A stretch of 64,000 bases of DNA, taken from contig CP136572.1 in the NCBI GenBank assembly GCA_035193785.1, forward strand, positions 1,248,001-1,312,000, in the 5' to 3' direction. A program made the position numbers and the translations under genes. The DNA comes from Planktothrix sp. GU0601_MAG3 (lineage in GTDB: Bacteria > Cyanobacteriota > Cyanobacteriia > Cyanobacteriales > Microcoleaceae). Position 1 is the first letter of the stretch. Every line of letters starts with the position of its first letter. Shown in pieces: positions 35,012 to 45,525 of the stretch. The notes beneath the pieces are model-generated. The model saw only the letters and a list, made by a program, of their open reading frames with translations, did not search any database and was not told where the DNA came from.

Positions 35012-35064
35012 GCAGGGACGCGCCAATCGCCTAAGGGCATCGCTTCGCACTTGGCACGTCTCTA
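35012..35064. repeat. REP-like palindrome with a ~24-bp central insert
   Basis: Arms GCAGGGACGCGCCAA and TTGGCACGTCTCTAC flank TCGCCTAAGGGCATCGCTTCGCAC. Confidence 0.55.
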
Positions 35065-35085
35065 CACTAAATTTCAGCAAATAGC

Positions 35086-35517
35086 CTAGTCGTAGGCCCC
35101 AACATTTAACCGTTGGTCGCCTTCAATAAATACGGATTCTGGAGGCGTTACGGTAAAGTTATCTAAATTCTTTTGCAGAATTTCTTTTTGTTTTTCTGTC
35201 AAACCAGAAATTTTCAATACATCTTCCACGGAATTATAGGGAGCATTCTTAATAATGACTGACCCTAATTTCGGAAACATTCCTTTATATTGACGAAAAT
35301 CTCGCAGGTCGCTATTATTTAAGTCCAATTTATTGCGAACTGTGGCCATTTTTTCGTCAACCCGATTTTTCCGAGGGGCTTCCGTTGCTAAGATCGGGGA
35401 AATCACCCCATACTGCATCACATTCAAGTTTGCAGCCAAAACATTCTGATGTCCAGTCCCTGCGAAGCAACCGACTATCAAAACTAACACAGCCAACAGG
35501 CGACTCAATCGTTTCAT
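35086..35517 (-). CDS. psbU: Photosystem II extrinsic protein PsbU
   Basis: Signal peptide, KLDLNNSDLRDF...GMFPKL...NAPY.SVEDVL.I.GL, NFTVT, GDQRLN.G.Y. Confidence 0.95.
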   Translation of the reverse strand: MKRLSRLLAVLVLIVGCFAGTGHQNVLAANLNVMQYGVISPILATEAPRKNRVDEKMATVRNKLDLNNSDLRDFRQYKGMFPKLGSVIIKNAPYNSVEDVLKISGLTEKQKEILQKNLDNFTVTPPESVFIEGDQRLNVGAYD

Positions 35518-35726
35518 CAACGCTTTTCTCCCAACTGACATAAACAGCATTTACAAGAATTTGATATTTTCAGGCTTAGTAGCAGACTGCATTTTACCAT
35601 CTTAAGAACCCCCACTTCTGTAGCAAAGTTCAATAGAAAAACTTGCCGATCTCCTAGCTAAAAACCCGGGATTTGGACATGATCTCAAATCACAGTTCAG
35701 TTTATGCTGTTGTCAAGCTTTTCCGC

Positions 35727-35758
35727 TTTTATGTAAAATTTCTTAAAATTTGTTAACA
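35727..35758 (-). promoter_or_regulatory. Possible HLR1 (RpaB)-like direct repeats upstream of psbU
   Basis: Minus strand TTAACAAA-TT-TTAAGAAA-T-TTTACATA is an imperfect match to (G/T)TTACA(T/A)(T/A) repeats in an AT-rich context. Confidence 0.3.
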
Positions 35759-36129
35759 GTTGGGGAGAAGGGAAATTCAGTATTCCATCTCTATCGGTCT
35801 CTACAAAATGAGTAAATATAACTTAAACTTATGTTTATCTGTTTATGGTTTGGAATTTTAAAATTAAATCAATTTTTTCGACTAATTTTGTCAAGAGGTT
35901 ATTGAATTCCATTTGCAACTATTGACGAAATTACGGGGTTTGGTGCTATAATACAAAAAAAATAGTCTGGGGAAGTATGGCTTGCTTAAAAAATAGGGGT
36001 GAATAAACCCGCTCTTTCGTGTAATCTCAATGTTACAACCTCTGTTATTTTCCGATCTTTTGGACAAATTTTTTCGGGGCTAGGTTGGGAACCTCGGGGC
36101 TGGGCTTGACAAAAACAAGGTTTTGTGTA

Positions 36130-38514
36130 TCATAGCCATTTTCGCTGTTTTAAGCGTTTCCAATGGGATGATTTTAAATTGATTAATAATTGTCGCATTT
36201 GTTGGAGGTTAACCGACTTTCCACCATAGCGCCAACCCACATAGGCTTGGGAGATTTCATCAATAACTTCAGCTTCGGAAATCGAATGATATTGGTGTAG
36301 CCAGGACACATATTCTAAAGGAGTTTGGGTGGGGGATTTGGGGTAGCCGTTGCGGGCTAAAACCTGTAAAAGTTGTTGATAGAGACTTTCTTCCGGGGGT
36401 AATTTGGCTAACCAGCGACGATAGCGCCAACCTCGCCACAAATCCCAACTTAACCAGCCGAAAAATGCCATAATTGTTGTGATGATTAATCCGCTAAAAA
36501 TCCCTAACCATCCTTGGGTAAAGAGATTAAAAAACCAGCGAATAACTTGCAATATCCCTAAAATTAAATTACCTAAAATCGCTTGTAATCCATTCGCCAC
36601 GGTCGAAGGTAGCCAACCTGCTACCCAATTCCAAAAGGCTTTTAAGGCACTAAAGGTTTGGTCTTCTTCCACCGAGGGAGGAATTAAATCCATCCCGGGA
36701 ATGGGGTTAAAAGCAAACCAACCATATTCGGGGAAATATACCTCCGTCATGGCAAAAGCATCGGTATTTTTAACCACATATAATCCTGTAAAGGGATTAA
36801 ATTCCCCCGGGTCAAACCCCGCCACCAGTCGCGCCGGAATCCCAATTGAACGTAACATCATGGTTAAAACCGTGGAAAAATGATCGGGGTAGCCTCCGGT
36901 AATTTTTTTCCCGGCGGGACTATCTTGATACCCAAATAGAAAGGCTTCTACTAAGTCTTCATTTTTTCTTAAAAACGGCGGTTCTTCTTGTAATTTATAG
37001 TTAGGGTTTTGTTTGAGATACTGGGCTAAATATAAGGCTTTTTCATAATTGGACTCTAGGGGTTTTTTGTTCTGGGCGACTTGATTTACACTGGCTAAAA
37101 TTTCTTCCGTTTTTTTTCTAACTTTTTCTTGAATTTGATCGGGAACTTGTAAATAGTATTTTTTGATTCCTTGAGGATAGTTTTTAGAGGTGGCTTGTAA
37201 TTGCGCCCGATTGCGTAGGGGAACTTGAGAAACCACCGTGTAGGTCATGCCCTCTCGTAATTCTAAAGGCGATCGCAAATTGCCATCGGGATCAATCGCC
37301 ACTTCCTCCGTCGGGAAATAGAGTTCTTTCGGTTTACTCATCGCCGGAATTAAACTAGGAAGCTGTTGAAGCACGGTATAACTTTGAATTACTTCTTGGG
37401 TTTTTGCATTAGTAATTATCGGAAATAAATCAAATTGATACGACCAACGGGAACGTTTTAAAGTGGTCGCCTTATTATTTCGAGAAATTTCCCATCCCTG
37501 TCCGGTATATTGATCAAAAGCCACCACCCGCCAAAATCCCCTGGCTTGCGATCGCACTCTTAATACTTCTTTAGGCTTTAAATTGCCTCGCAAATTCTGA
37601 TTAATTTTGGTATTGAATCCATAATAGAAGGTATCATTGAGAGTTCCTGCACCCGTTTCCTGATTTAATCCCGTGCCACCCCCGCCGGGGTTATTCGGAT
37701 CACTATTTCCCGAAGACACATAACCGGGATTCAAGATTCGTTGTCCATTAAATTGTCCGGGGGGCATATCAATGGGAGCACTGACCGGAAAAGTTCTTAA
37801 CTGATAGCTGGGAAACCGAGGGAGAACCATAAAAATAGTGAGTCCCAATCCCACAACCACTAAAAAAATAATTCCTAAAGACTTAAAATTGACTCCGCTT
37901 CCGGGTTGCTGGGGTGTTTTTTTGGAGTTAAATTGAATATCCCCCAATCCTAAACGAGAACGATAATCTAAAATTAACGTTGGTAAAGCTAAAGCCAAAA
38001 ACACTAACACCACAGGCCCAAAAGCCAAGGTTTGACTGAGAGTTCCCGCTACTCCCATTAAAATTAATCCAATCACCATCGAATAGCCTAAATCTTTCCG
38101 CCGGGGTAAATCAAAACTGTGTAAAACCTGTAATTCTATTAATAATCTCGCTAAGGCCAACCGCGTATCATTCGTTTCCCCAAAAAGTCGCCCAAAAAAT
38201 ACAACCAGGGCAACTAACATCCCAATAGCAATACAAAATTTAACAGGCACATTGCGATGGGAACGACGAAACCAACTCCAAGTTGCTCCGACAATGCTAA
38301 CCGGAATAGCCCATAAATTCAGGGGTTCCTCAATGGCAACATCCGTGGCAATAATCCCAGCAATCACTAACAACTGCACCAATACCCGCAGCCAAAAGGA
38401 ATCTTCAGGGATTGGCTTGGGCATGGCTTCAATCCGTCGCCATAATTGACTAATCACAGGGATTGAATTTGTCATCGTTTCGGCTTGAGGATTAGGGGGG
38501 GTTAAAGGCTCCAC
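36130..38514 (-). CDS. Membrane transglutaminase-like protein (DUF3488 / TGase / DUF4129 architecture)
   Basis: Multi-TM N-terminus, FWRVVAFDQYTG, GYPDHFSTVLTMMLRSIGIPARLVAGF, C-terminal TPLEY. Confidence 0.88.
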   Translation of the reverse strand: MEPLTPPNPQAETMTNSIPVISQLWRRIEAMPKPIPEDSFWLRVLVQLLVIAGIIATDVAIEEPLNLWAIPVSIVGATWSWFRRSHRNVPVKFCIAIGMLVALVVFFGRLFGETNDTRLALARLLIELQVLHSFDLPRRKDLGYSMVIGLILMGVAGTLSQTLAFGPVVLVFLALALPTLILDYRSRLGLGDIQFNSKKTPQQPGSGVNFKSLGIIFLVVVGLGLTIFMVLPRFPSYQLRTFPVSAPIDMPPGQFNGQRILNPGYVSSGNSDPNNPGGGGTGLNQETGAGTLNDTFYYGFNTKINQNLRGNLKPKEVLRVRSQARGFWRVVAFDQYTGQGWEISRNNKATTLKRSRWSYQFDLFPIITNAKTQEVIQSYTVLQQLPSLIPAMSKPKELYFPTEEVAIDPDGNLRSPLELREGMTYTVVSQVPLRNRAQLQATSKNYPQGIKKYYLQVPDQIQEKVRKKTEEILASVNQVAQNKKPLESNYEKALYLAQYLKQNPNYKLQEEPPFLRKNEDLVEAFLFGYQDSPAGKKITGGYPDHFSTVLTMMLRSIGIPARLVAGFDPGEFNPFTGLYVVKNTDAFAMTEVYFPEYGWFAFNPIPGMDLIPPSVEEDQTFSALKAFWNWVAGWLPSTVANGLQAILGNLILGILQVIRWFFNLFTQGWLGIFSGLIITTIMAFFGWLSWDLWRGWRYRRWLAKLPPEESLYQQLLQVLARNGYPKSPTQTPLEYVSWLHQYHSISEAEVIDEISQAYVGWRYGGKSVNLQQMRQLLINLKSSHWKRLKQRKWL

Positions 38515-38565
38515 CCTACTCTAACTTAATCTGACCTAAACTTCAATCTGTTGTTGTTGTTCCCC

Positions 38566-38632
38566 ATTCGTAATTCGTAATTCGTAATTCGTAATTCGTA
38601 ATTCGTAATTCGTAATTCCCTATTCCCTGTTC
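38566..38632. repeat. STRR array (TTCGTAA)n
   Basis: About 7 tandem heptamers adjoining the patU stop. Confidence 0.9.
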
Positions 38633-39657
38633 CCTATTATTGCAAAACAGAGGGGATTTTGCTCCTCGCTATCCAATAAAACATGAAGTCGATAAATTTG
38701 GTTCGGTTTTGGGTTAATCAATTCCAGGGGTAAACATCCGGGGGAATTGCGTTTTGCCATTACTGATCTGTCATTTCCTAGGAGTTGTAAACGTCCGCCA
38801 TCGGGAAGTTTAGCCCGGATTTTTAAACTTGTCCCAGACTCAGTTTCAACATAGTCTACATCAACGGTGAATAGCCCTAAAGTTGTTAACCATTCCTGAT
38901 GAACCGTCGATTGATTCAAACGACAATTTAAGGTTAAAGTATTCAGAAGTTCCTGAGTGGCTAACAATAACAACACCATTTGTTGTTCAGGAGTCGCTGT
39001 TTCATAACAGGGTTGGGACTCCCTTAAATCTAAAGAGCCCCGTAAAGACCCTCGAATCACCAAACCCGCTAATTCATTCAAGGGTTGGGACTCGTTGGGA
39101 AATAAGGTTTCCACCGCCTGAACTAATTTGGCTCCTTCTCGCAGGCCAGATTGTAACAGGGTAAACACAGGAGCCAGTAACTGAGCAAAAACCTGATCGG
39201 GTAGGGGCATCGACCATCTCAATTGTTGTCGATGGGCCATCCACAAATGGGTAGCGGGAACCTGTTCTTCTCGAAACACGTCGGGGTACTCATTCAACAA
39301 GTCAGCACCGATCGGTTCCCACGGAAACAGGGGTGGGTTCCGTTGTATCCTGGCTTTGAGTTTTTCTCTTAACACGGTCTCAAATCGGTTTTTCACAATT
39401 TCTATCTCCCATAAGGGTAAATATTGACTTTCGGGGAGGAAAACCTGATCCTCAAAATCGAGGGGATCTAATTCATCCCACTCTAGGTTTTCCTCCTCAG
39501 AACTCCCATCGGTCTGTGTATGGGGGTTTAATCCCTCCTCAGCCGAATCCGAGGTAGGGACGGGGATACCCCGCCCATACAAGTCTTGTTGTAACAACCC
39601 GTCAAAGAATCGGCGTTCAAACGCTTGCTCGTCTTGGTTTGTTTCGTTATTCATCAC
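38620..39657 (-). CDS. patU: PatU-like protein
   Basis: V.NRF..VL..KL...IQ.NPPLFPWE, GAKLVQAVE.LFP, LNELAGLV. Lies directly downstream of hetZ with overlapping start/stop. Confidence 0.8.
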   Translation of the reverse strand: MMNNETNQDEQAFERRFFDGLLQQDLYGRGIPVPTSDSAEEGLNPHTQTDGSSEEENLEWDELDPLDFEDQVFLPESQYLPLWEIEIVKNRFETVLREKLKARIQRNPPLFPWEPIGADLLNEYPDVFREEQVPATHLWMAHRQQLRWSMPLPDQVFAQLLAPVFTLLQSGLREGAKLVQAVETLFPNESQPLNELAGLVIRGSLRGSLDLRESQPCYETATPEQQMVLLLLATQELLNTLTLNCRLNQSTVHQEWLTTLGLFTVDVDYVETESGTSLKIRAKLPDGGRLQLLGNDRSVMAKRNSPGCLPLELINPKPNQIYRLHVLLDSEEQNPLCFAIIGNRE

Positions 39658-40807
39658 TAGATGCCCCTGCTCCGGATACCGAATGATTCCTGATTTCCCA
39701 AGCCAATTCTAACAACTTAAACCAACGTTTTTGAATCTGAGCCGTTTTGCAATTTAAAACCTTAGCAATTTCGGCTTCGGATAATCCCTGCTGTTTTAAA
39801 CTTAATAAACGCTGTTCATTTGCCCCGATTTGATTTAAGAATTCCTGCCATTGATGGGGTAATAATCCTAAATCCCGTTCTAAATCTGCTTCTAACCATT
39901 GGTGAACTAATTCCCAACGGTGGCTTAAAGCAAATCGCAATAGATGGTACTTAAATCGTTGCTGTAAATAATCACGCTGACGAGGTGTTAATCCGAGAAT
40001 TTCCTCAATTTCACGGGTAGGTAAATCCTGTAACCGCAAGACGAAATAGTCAGCACAATCTTTTTGTTTGTGTTCTTCTAAATAGGCAATTAGTTCCTCT
40101 ACGACCGTTTCCCTGAGTGAGTCGGACTCTGATTCGTTCGACTCGATGACCATAGCAGCCCGAACTTGTCCGAGGGAGGAATCATGGTTATTAGTATCTG
40201 ATTCACTTCCTCCGCCCTGGGCGGCTAATTCTAAATCGACAAAACTTTCTTTAGGCTGTTGTTGAGAGAAGGTTTGCGCTCTTAAAATAATCAATTGTTG
40301 ACTCCGACCTCGGGCTAAGGGAATTCGCCGTTTACCGTAGCGTTCCGTAAATGCCATATATTCCGCTAGTTCTAACAAGGTTCGAGGACGATAAGTCGCC
40401 GGTAACTGTGCTTCTTTGCGAAAGGCATTGAGGGTTTCTAAATAAAAGGCTTGTAAAAAATCCCTGATTAATTCCAATCGAGCTTGATAACTGGACTGGA
40501 CTTGAGGAGGAGTAATATATCGATAAACAATCGCGCTCAAGGTACTATGTAATTCCAAAGACCCTTGTTTTGACCCTAGCTGATAATATTGAATACATTG
40601 CTGTAAACGATGTTGGGCTAGTGTCATTGCCCAGGTTTCCACATCCCCGGAATCTTGAATCCTTTTGCTTTCTGTACAAATGCGGGTGGCTTCTTCGGTA
40701 ATTCGTTCGGCTACATCCCGACAGTTTTGTTCAGATGCACGGGTGGATAGACTCAGTTCTCTCAATAGCCTTTGGAAAATGGTTTCGCCCCAGCAGATTT
40801 CCCCCAT
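39647..40807 (-). CDS. hetZ: HetZ-family regulator
   Basis: ELHSTLSAIVYRYI, LELAEYMAFTERYGKRRIPL, QQLIILRAQTF, LGLTPRQRDYLQQRFKYH, WELVHQWL. Confidence 0.9.
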   Translation of the reverse strand: MGEICWGETIFQRLLRELSLSTRASEQNCRDVAERITEEATRICTESKRIQDSGDVETWAMTLAQHRLQQCIQYYQLGSKQGSLELHSTLSAIVYRYITPPQVQSSYQARLELIRDFLQAFYLETLNAFRKEAQLPATYRPRTLLELAEYMAFTERYGKRRIPLARGRSQQLIILRAQTFSQQQPKESFVDLELAAQGGGSESDTNNHDSSLGQVRAAMVIESNESESDSLRETVVEELIAYLEEHKQKDCADYFVLRLQDLPTREIEEILGLTPRQRDYLQQRFKYHLLRFALSHRWELVHQWLEADLERDLGLLPHQWQEFLNQIGANEQRLLSLKQQGLSEAEIAKVLNCKTAQIQKRWFKLLELAWEIRNHSVSGAGASSDE

Positions 40808-40911
40808 GATGTCTAGTTATTACAATGACCCTAACACAGTGATTCTGTGGGTTGGCTTGGATTTCCGGATCGTTTTAATCAGTTATCAGTCATCAGTTAA
40901 CAGTTAACAGT

Positions 40912-40962
40912 GTAGAGATGTGCCATGGTGCAATGTAGAGACGTGCCATGGCGCGTCTGTAC
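40912..40962. repeat. GTAG-type REP-like palindrome with partial tandem duplicate
   Basis: GTAGAGATGTGCCATGG followed by GTAGAGACGTGCCATGGCGCGTCTGTAC. Confidence 0.7.
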
Positions 40963-41009
40963 CAGTTAACAATCTGTTAATATTCTTGATTCTTATTTTT
41001 TTTAATCCT

Positions 41010-41498
41010 ATGAATTTAGACCTACAAATTCAGTCTTTAATTGATCATGCTCCTCAAGATGGCACAACTCCTCAAATTGTGGAAGCGATCGCTCCTGCCT
41101 TAAAATTATTAGCAGAACAATTAGAACATCCCGAATATTATGTCTTACAAACTTTAGACCAAAGCTGGGTGGTTCAACCGTTTATTAATGTAGATCAACC
41201 GCAGATAAAAAAGAAAGTAATTTATGCTTTTTCTACCGTAGAAGATGCTTTGAATTATACGAATCCTGATGGGGATTCTCAGGTTTTGGCGATTCCTTTA
41301 CCCGTGACTCATATTTTGTTTCAAATGGTTGTTTTAGAAATGCCGGATAGTTTATGCTTTTTTGAAACGCCGAATAATTTTCAGTCAGCTACGGAAATTA
41401 AACGCAGTGAAATTCAAGAGTTAATTCAGGTTTATTTAAAGGACTATCAACAACGGCGTCAGTCTAAATCGCGTAAAATTCCGCCGAATATTGCTTAA
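41010..41498 (+). CDS. Conserved cyanobacterial hypothetical protein
   Basis: MNLDLQIQSLIDHAPQDGTTP, YYVLQTLDQSW, PVTHILFQ. ATG 41010. Confidence 0.8.
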   Translation: MNLDLQIQSLIDHAPQDGTTPQIVEAIAPALKLLAEQLEHPEYYVLQTLDQSWVVQPFINVDQPQIKKKVIYAFSTVEDALNYTNPDGDSQVLAIPLPVTHILFQMVVLEMPDSLCFFETPNNFQSATEIKRSEIQELIQVYLKDYQQRRQSKSRKIPPNIA

Positions 41499-41601
41499 GA
41501 AGGGAACAGGGAATAGGGAACAGGCAACAGGCAAGAGGGAACAGGCAACAGGCAAGAGGGAACAGGGGCAATACTTCTGGCTGTTTCCTAAACCTGGAAA
41601 C

Positions 41602-41638
41602 GTTTCAATCCCTGATAGGGATTATAAGGTATTTCAAT
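41602..41638 (+). CRISPR. Solitary 37-bp CRISPR-type repeat (no array, no cas genes in window)
   Basis: GTTTCAATCCCTGATAGGGATTATAAGGTATTTCAAT: GTTTCAAT start, AATCCCT/AGGGATT hairpin and length match the cyanobacterial 37-nt repeat family. Confidence 0.7.
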
Positions 41639-41717
41639 CCCTAATAGATAAACTGTTTAGACCGCCAAAACCCCCTTCTATTTTGAACAGCTATAGGTTA
41701 TGGGAAATTCAGCCCCA

Positions 41718-43641
41718 TCAGCGCGTCTGAGTGGGTTGACCCGAAGGAATAGATTTAATTTGATTCTGACGAACTTGCCACCAAATTGCAAAACCCCCGG
41801 CAATAAATATCGCAAATAAAACTAAAATAAAAACCACCTCTTTCCACTTATAAATTGATTTAGATGGGGGCTTAACCTCTGGCTCAGAAATCGATTCATC
41901 ATATAATAGAACCTTAGATGCTTCCGTTGGTTCGGACTCCAAAGATTCTGTTTTTGTCTGTATAGGAGGTGTTTCTAGTAATACCAATTTTTGCGGAGAT
42001 ACCCCACAATAGGTCATCACAACTGAGATATTATCATGACCATTCTTTTCATTAGCAATGTCAATCCATTCTTGCACCGCCGACTCTAAAGATTGTTCTC
42101 CATTTAACACCGAAGCCGAAAAATATTGCCAACATTGTTCCACCCTTTGATTATCACTTAATCCATCGGAACATAATAATAATAATCCATCTTCCTCAAT
42201 AATAAATCGTTGTACCGCTGGCCGTAAAAATTCTGCTTCCCGGGTTCCCAAAGCCTGAGTTAAAGCCCCAGAAACCCGACCGTTGAGCGGCATCCCAATA
42301 TAAACCCCGACCGTGACTGACCTCCCGATTTGCTACGTCATCATCGACGGTTAATTGTTGACAGGAATTCTGAGTAATCCAATAGGCGCGACTATCCCCC
42401 ACATTCACTAAATATAATTCATGGCAATTAGTTAACTCAATCCCCTCGGGGGTTTTTACCTTTTGGGGTAACTGTAAAGCCATGACTAAAGTAGTTCCCA
42501 TCCGTTGTCTAAATTCTCGCCCCTGTTCATTATTTTGGGCGGCAATAACGTTATTAACAACTCGGGTAATTTCTTGCAGTTGTTCGATAATTAATTCCGG
42601 TGGGGCTAATTCCTCTTGCTGGGAAATTTCCGCCATAAAACTATGAATTAAAGGCTTTAAAGACTGTACCGCCAATTGACTCGCCACTTCCCCACCATCA
42701 TGGCCGCCCACCCCATCACAAACAATACTTAAATGGGGAATTAATTTATCATTGGGATAAAGATGAAAATTCCGCACATCAGAAATAGCTGGATAACAAC
42801 TATCCTCATTCTCCGAACGTCTGACCCCCACATCCGTTAGTCCCGTTACCGCCAAATGTAAGGGGAGTTGGGCCGCCTGTTCCATTAATAATTGATTCAG
42901 TTGACTCGCCACCTCCTTTAAGCAGTCCTCCTGATGACGCATCAATTGATGAATAGTTTGTAAGCGATACTGTATAGTCGGATGGGCTGTTTCTATCAAG
43001 GCCACCCAGGATTCCGCCAAATCTCGTTGGGTCGGTTGTACCTTGCCCTGATGCAGTTCTCGCAACCGCACCCGCCAACCGTCTACCCGCAGGTTCTCCT
43101 TGACGAACAAACTATAGGCCGCCCCCTGTTCGGTTAAGGGTATCCACAGTTGCAGCATTTGCCATAACCAATAGACCTGACGCACGGGGGAGGATTTCGG
43201 CCAGACTTCCACTAGAGTTGGGAATAGTTGACCCCGACTATCGACGGGAATATTGTCTAATAGTAGGGTTTCCGTCGTTTCTGGAGGAATCCCCAAGGGA
43301 TAAACCCCAAACACCCCAGGAATATGCAAATGATGGGGGGAGAGATATAAATAGGATAAGATTGACTCCGAAAGAATATCGGGCAAAATCGGTGGAGCTC
43401 CGGGTTTAGTATCTAACCAAACCTGGGGGAAGGTGACATAATAGCGATTTCCCACTAACTGACTGGGTTGAATTTGACCCGCCGAACCTGTCGCCCACAA
43501 ATACCGATAGGTTAAGGGGGTTTGACACGTCTGACAAATTTGATGTCCCAAGGAGTTACGCGGTTGGGAACAGGCCGGGTTGGTGCAGTGAATCGGCGGC
43601 GGCGCCGAGGTGCTAATTTGAAATAATTTTTCTAAGGACAC
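41718..43641 (-). CDS. PP2C-family protein phosphatase with N-terminal zinc-ribbon and C-terminal TM (one indel ~42285)
   Basis: CTNPAC/CQTC, TDVGVRRSENEDS, VCDGVGGHDGGEVAS, MGTT, NVGDSRAY, LLCSDGLSD, GHDN. Confidence 0.92.
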
Positions 43642-43821
43642 GGCTAGAACTGTTAATAGGGGACTTAATCGTAGAAAGGCTAATAATATAAGAGGATTGT
43701 AGCTTTTATGGATTTATAGAAATAAAGGGGAAGAGTTAAAATTCACTACCTTCAAAAAGTGAGAATGGCAACAAAGTTTTATAATACATAGAAAGTACCA
43801 ATTATTTAAACCTTAACATTG

Positions 43822-44499
43822 ATGAACACAGAATCTTATATTTTTGTTGCGGGTGCAAGTCGCGGCGTCGGCCGAGAAGTGGTCAAACTCCTCCGCCACC
43901 AGCAAATAAACGTCAAAGCCCTATTAAGAACACCGGATACCCGCCCAGAATTGGAAGCCCTGGGGGTGCGGGTGGTGATGGGGGATGCCTTGGATATAAC
44001 CGCCGTTGAACAGGCTATATTAGGCCCAGAACCAATTTCGGCGGTGATTAGTACCATTGGCGGTTTACCCAAGGATGGGCAGCGGGCGGACTATTTAGGG
44101 AATCAACACCTAATTGACGCGGCGGTGAAGGCGGGCGTCGGGAAGTTTATTCTTGTGTCTTCGATTGGCAGTGGGGAAAGTGTCGTAGCTTTGCCTCCCC
44201 AAGCCTTAGAAACCTTAAAATCGGTTTTGGTGGAAAAGGAAAAAGCAGAACAGTATTTAATTAATAGTGGACTGAATTACACGATTATTCGTCCGGGGGG
44301 GCTGAAATCTGAACCCGCTACGGGAAACGGCGTATTAACAGAAAATTATCGGGTAGCGGGAACAATTCATCGGGCTGATGTTGCTCAATTGGTCTGTGAT
44401 TGTTTATGTTCAGAGGTAGCTAATCATAAGACTCTCTCAGCTATTGACCGGAATATGACCTACGGACAACCGGATTTTGAGATTTTGAATTTGGGTTAA
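43822..44499 (+). CDS. NAD(P)-binding atypical SDR oxidoreductase
   Basis: VAGASRGVG, YTIIRPGGL, IHRADVA. Confidence 0.9.
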   Translation: MNTESYIFVAGASRGVGREVVKLLRHQQINVKALLRTPDTRPELEALGVRVVMGDALDITAVEQAILGPEPISAVISTIGGLPKDGQRADYLGNQHLIDAAVKAGVGKFILVSSIGSGESVVALPPQALETLKSVLVEKEKAEQYLINSGLNYTIIRPGGLKSEPATGNGVLTENYRVAGTIHRADVAQLVCDCLCSEVANHKTLSAIDRNMTYGQPDFEILNLG

Positions 44500-44601
44500 A
44501 TCTGATTCATTGATTCGCTGGGAAAGCGCTGAAACGGCGGTTCTAAGCGTTAAGGGTGAAACGAAGCAATCACAGGGAATTTGAGAAATTTACCAGTTTT
44601 T

Positions 44602-44841
44602 CTAATCTAAATTGACCTGGATTCTCGTTTCATCCCAACTGTTTTCAACTTGCCAATTTGGATCTTGATTATTCTCTAAATTTGCATTAATATTTTTAGC
44701 AACTTGATTGAGTTTATCCTGGGATAAACTTTCTGAATTAGAAGTTTTTGCTTGCAGTTCGTCGATACTAATACTAACAATTTCTAAACCATCTCCAGAC
44801 TGGGCGGGCTGGGATTTATCTTTGGCATCGGATTTAGACAT
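44602..44841 (-). CDS. Hypothetical protein
   Basis: 79-aa ORF with ATG and AGAG upstream; no recognised motif. Confidence 0.5.
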   Translation of the reverse strand: MSKSDAKDKSQPAQSGDGLEIVSISIDELQAKTSNSESLSQDKLNQVAKNINANLENNQDPNWQVENSWDETRIQVNLD

Positions 44842-44889
44842 TTTTACTCTTTTATAAATAGGGATATAACTCTATTGTAACCGAAATTA

Positions 44890-45525
44890 TTAAAAAGGCA
44901 AATCATCTTCAAAATCTTGATGATTTTCTAAAGGTTGTACTTGAGACGCAATCATTTTTTCCGCTTGTTTAATTCTTTCAAATAAAGAAGAACGAGATTG
45001 TTGGCGTTTTTGAATTAATTTATTAATATTATATTTGACTTTCAATTCTTCTCGTTGCTCTGGGGATAAGGGTTGATAATCCGTTAAAAAATCCGCCGCC
45101 GTCACAATGGGAACCCTAGGGCCCAATTTCTCCATCGGAATTTGGGGAAGACGGGCTAAAAAATAGTCTTTTCTGTTTCTAATCTGTTCAGACTTATTAT
45201 TGATTTCAGCAATAATCCCGATAATTTGACTCAAATGATGGTTAGATAAAGCCCTCTGAATATCCAAACTTTCCAAGGGAATTTCCAAGGTTTCTATTTG
45301 TTTTAAAATCTCAGGAGGAATATGATCTAAATTAGGCGGATTAGCCGTTGTTTTTAAAGTAATTAAAGCCTGATTTAATTGAGTTTCAATCTCGTTGACA
45401 ACCTCTCGGTGATGGTCTTGAGAAACCGGATTTTGTAACAGGTCTTGCAGGTTTTGAGTGGCTTGTTGCAAAAGCTCAAGGGTTGCCTGAAGTTGGGGGG
45501 AATGGTTGGATTTAAAGTGGTTCAA
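44890..45525 (-). CDS. Hypothetical protein
   Basis: 211-aa ORF overlapping the upstream gene end; start position uncertain. Confidence 0.65.
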   Translation of the reverse strand: MNHFKSNHSPQLQATLELLQQATQNLQDLLQNPVSQDHHREVVNEIETQLNQALITLKTTANPPNLDHIPPEILKQIETLEIPLESLDIQRALSNHHLSQIIGIIAEINNKSEQIRNRKDYFLARLPQIPMEKLGPRVPIVTAADFLTDYQPLSPEQREELKVKYNINKLIQKRQQSRSSLFERIKQAEKMIASQVQPLENHQDFEDDLPF

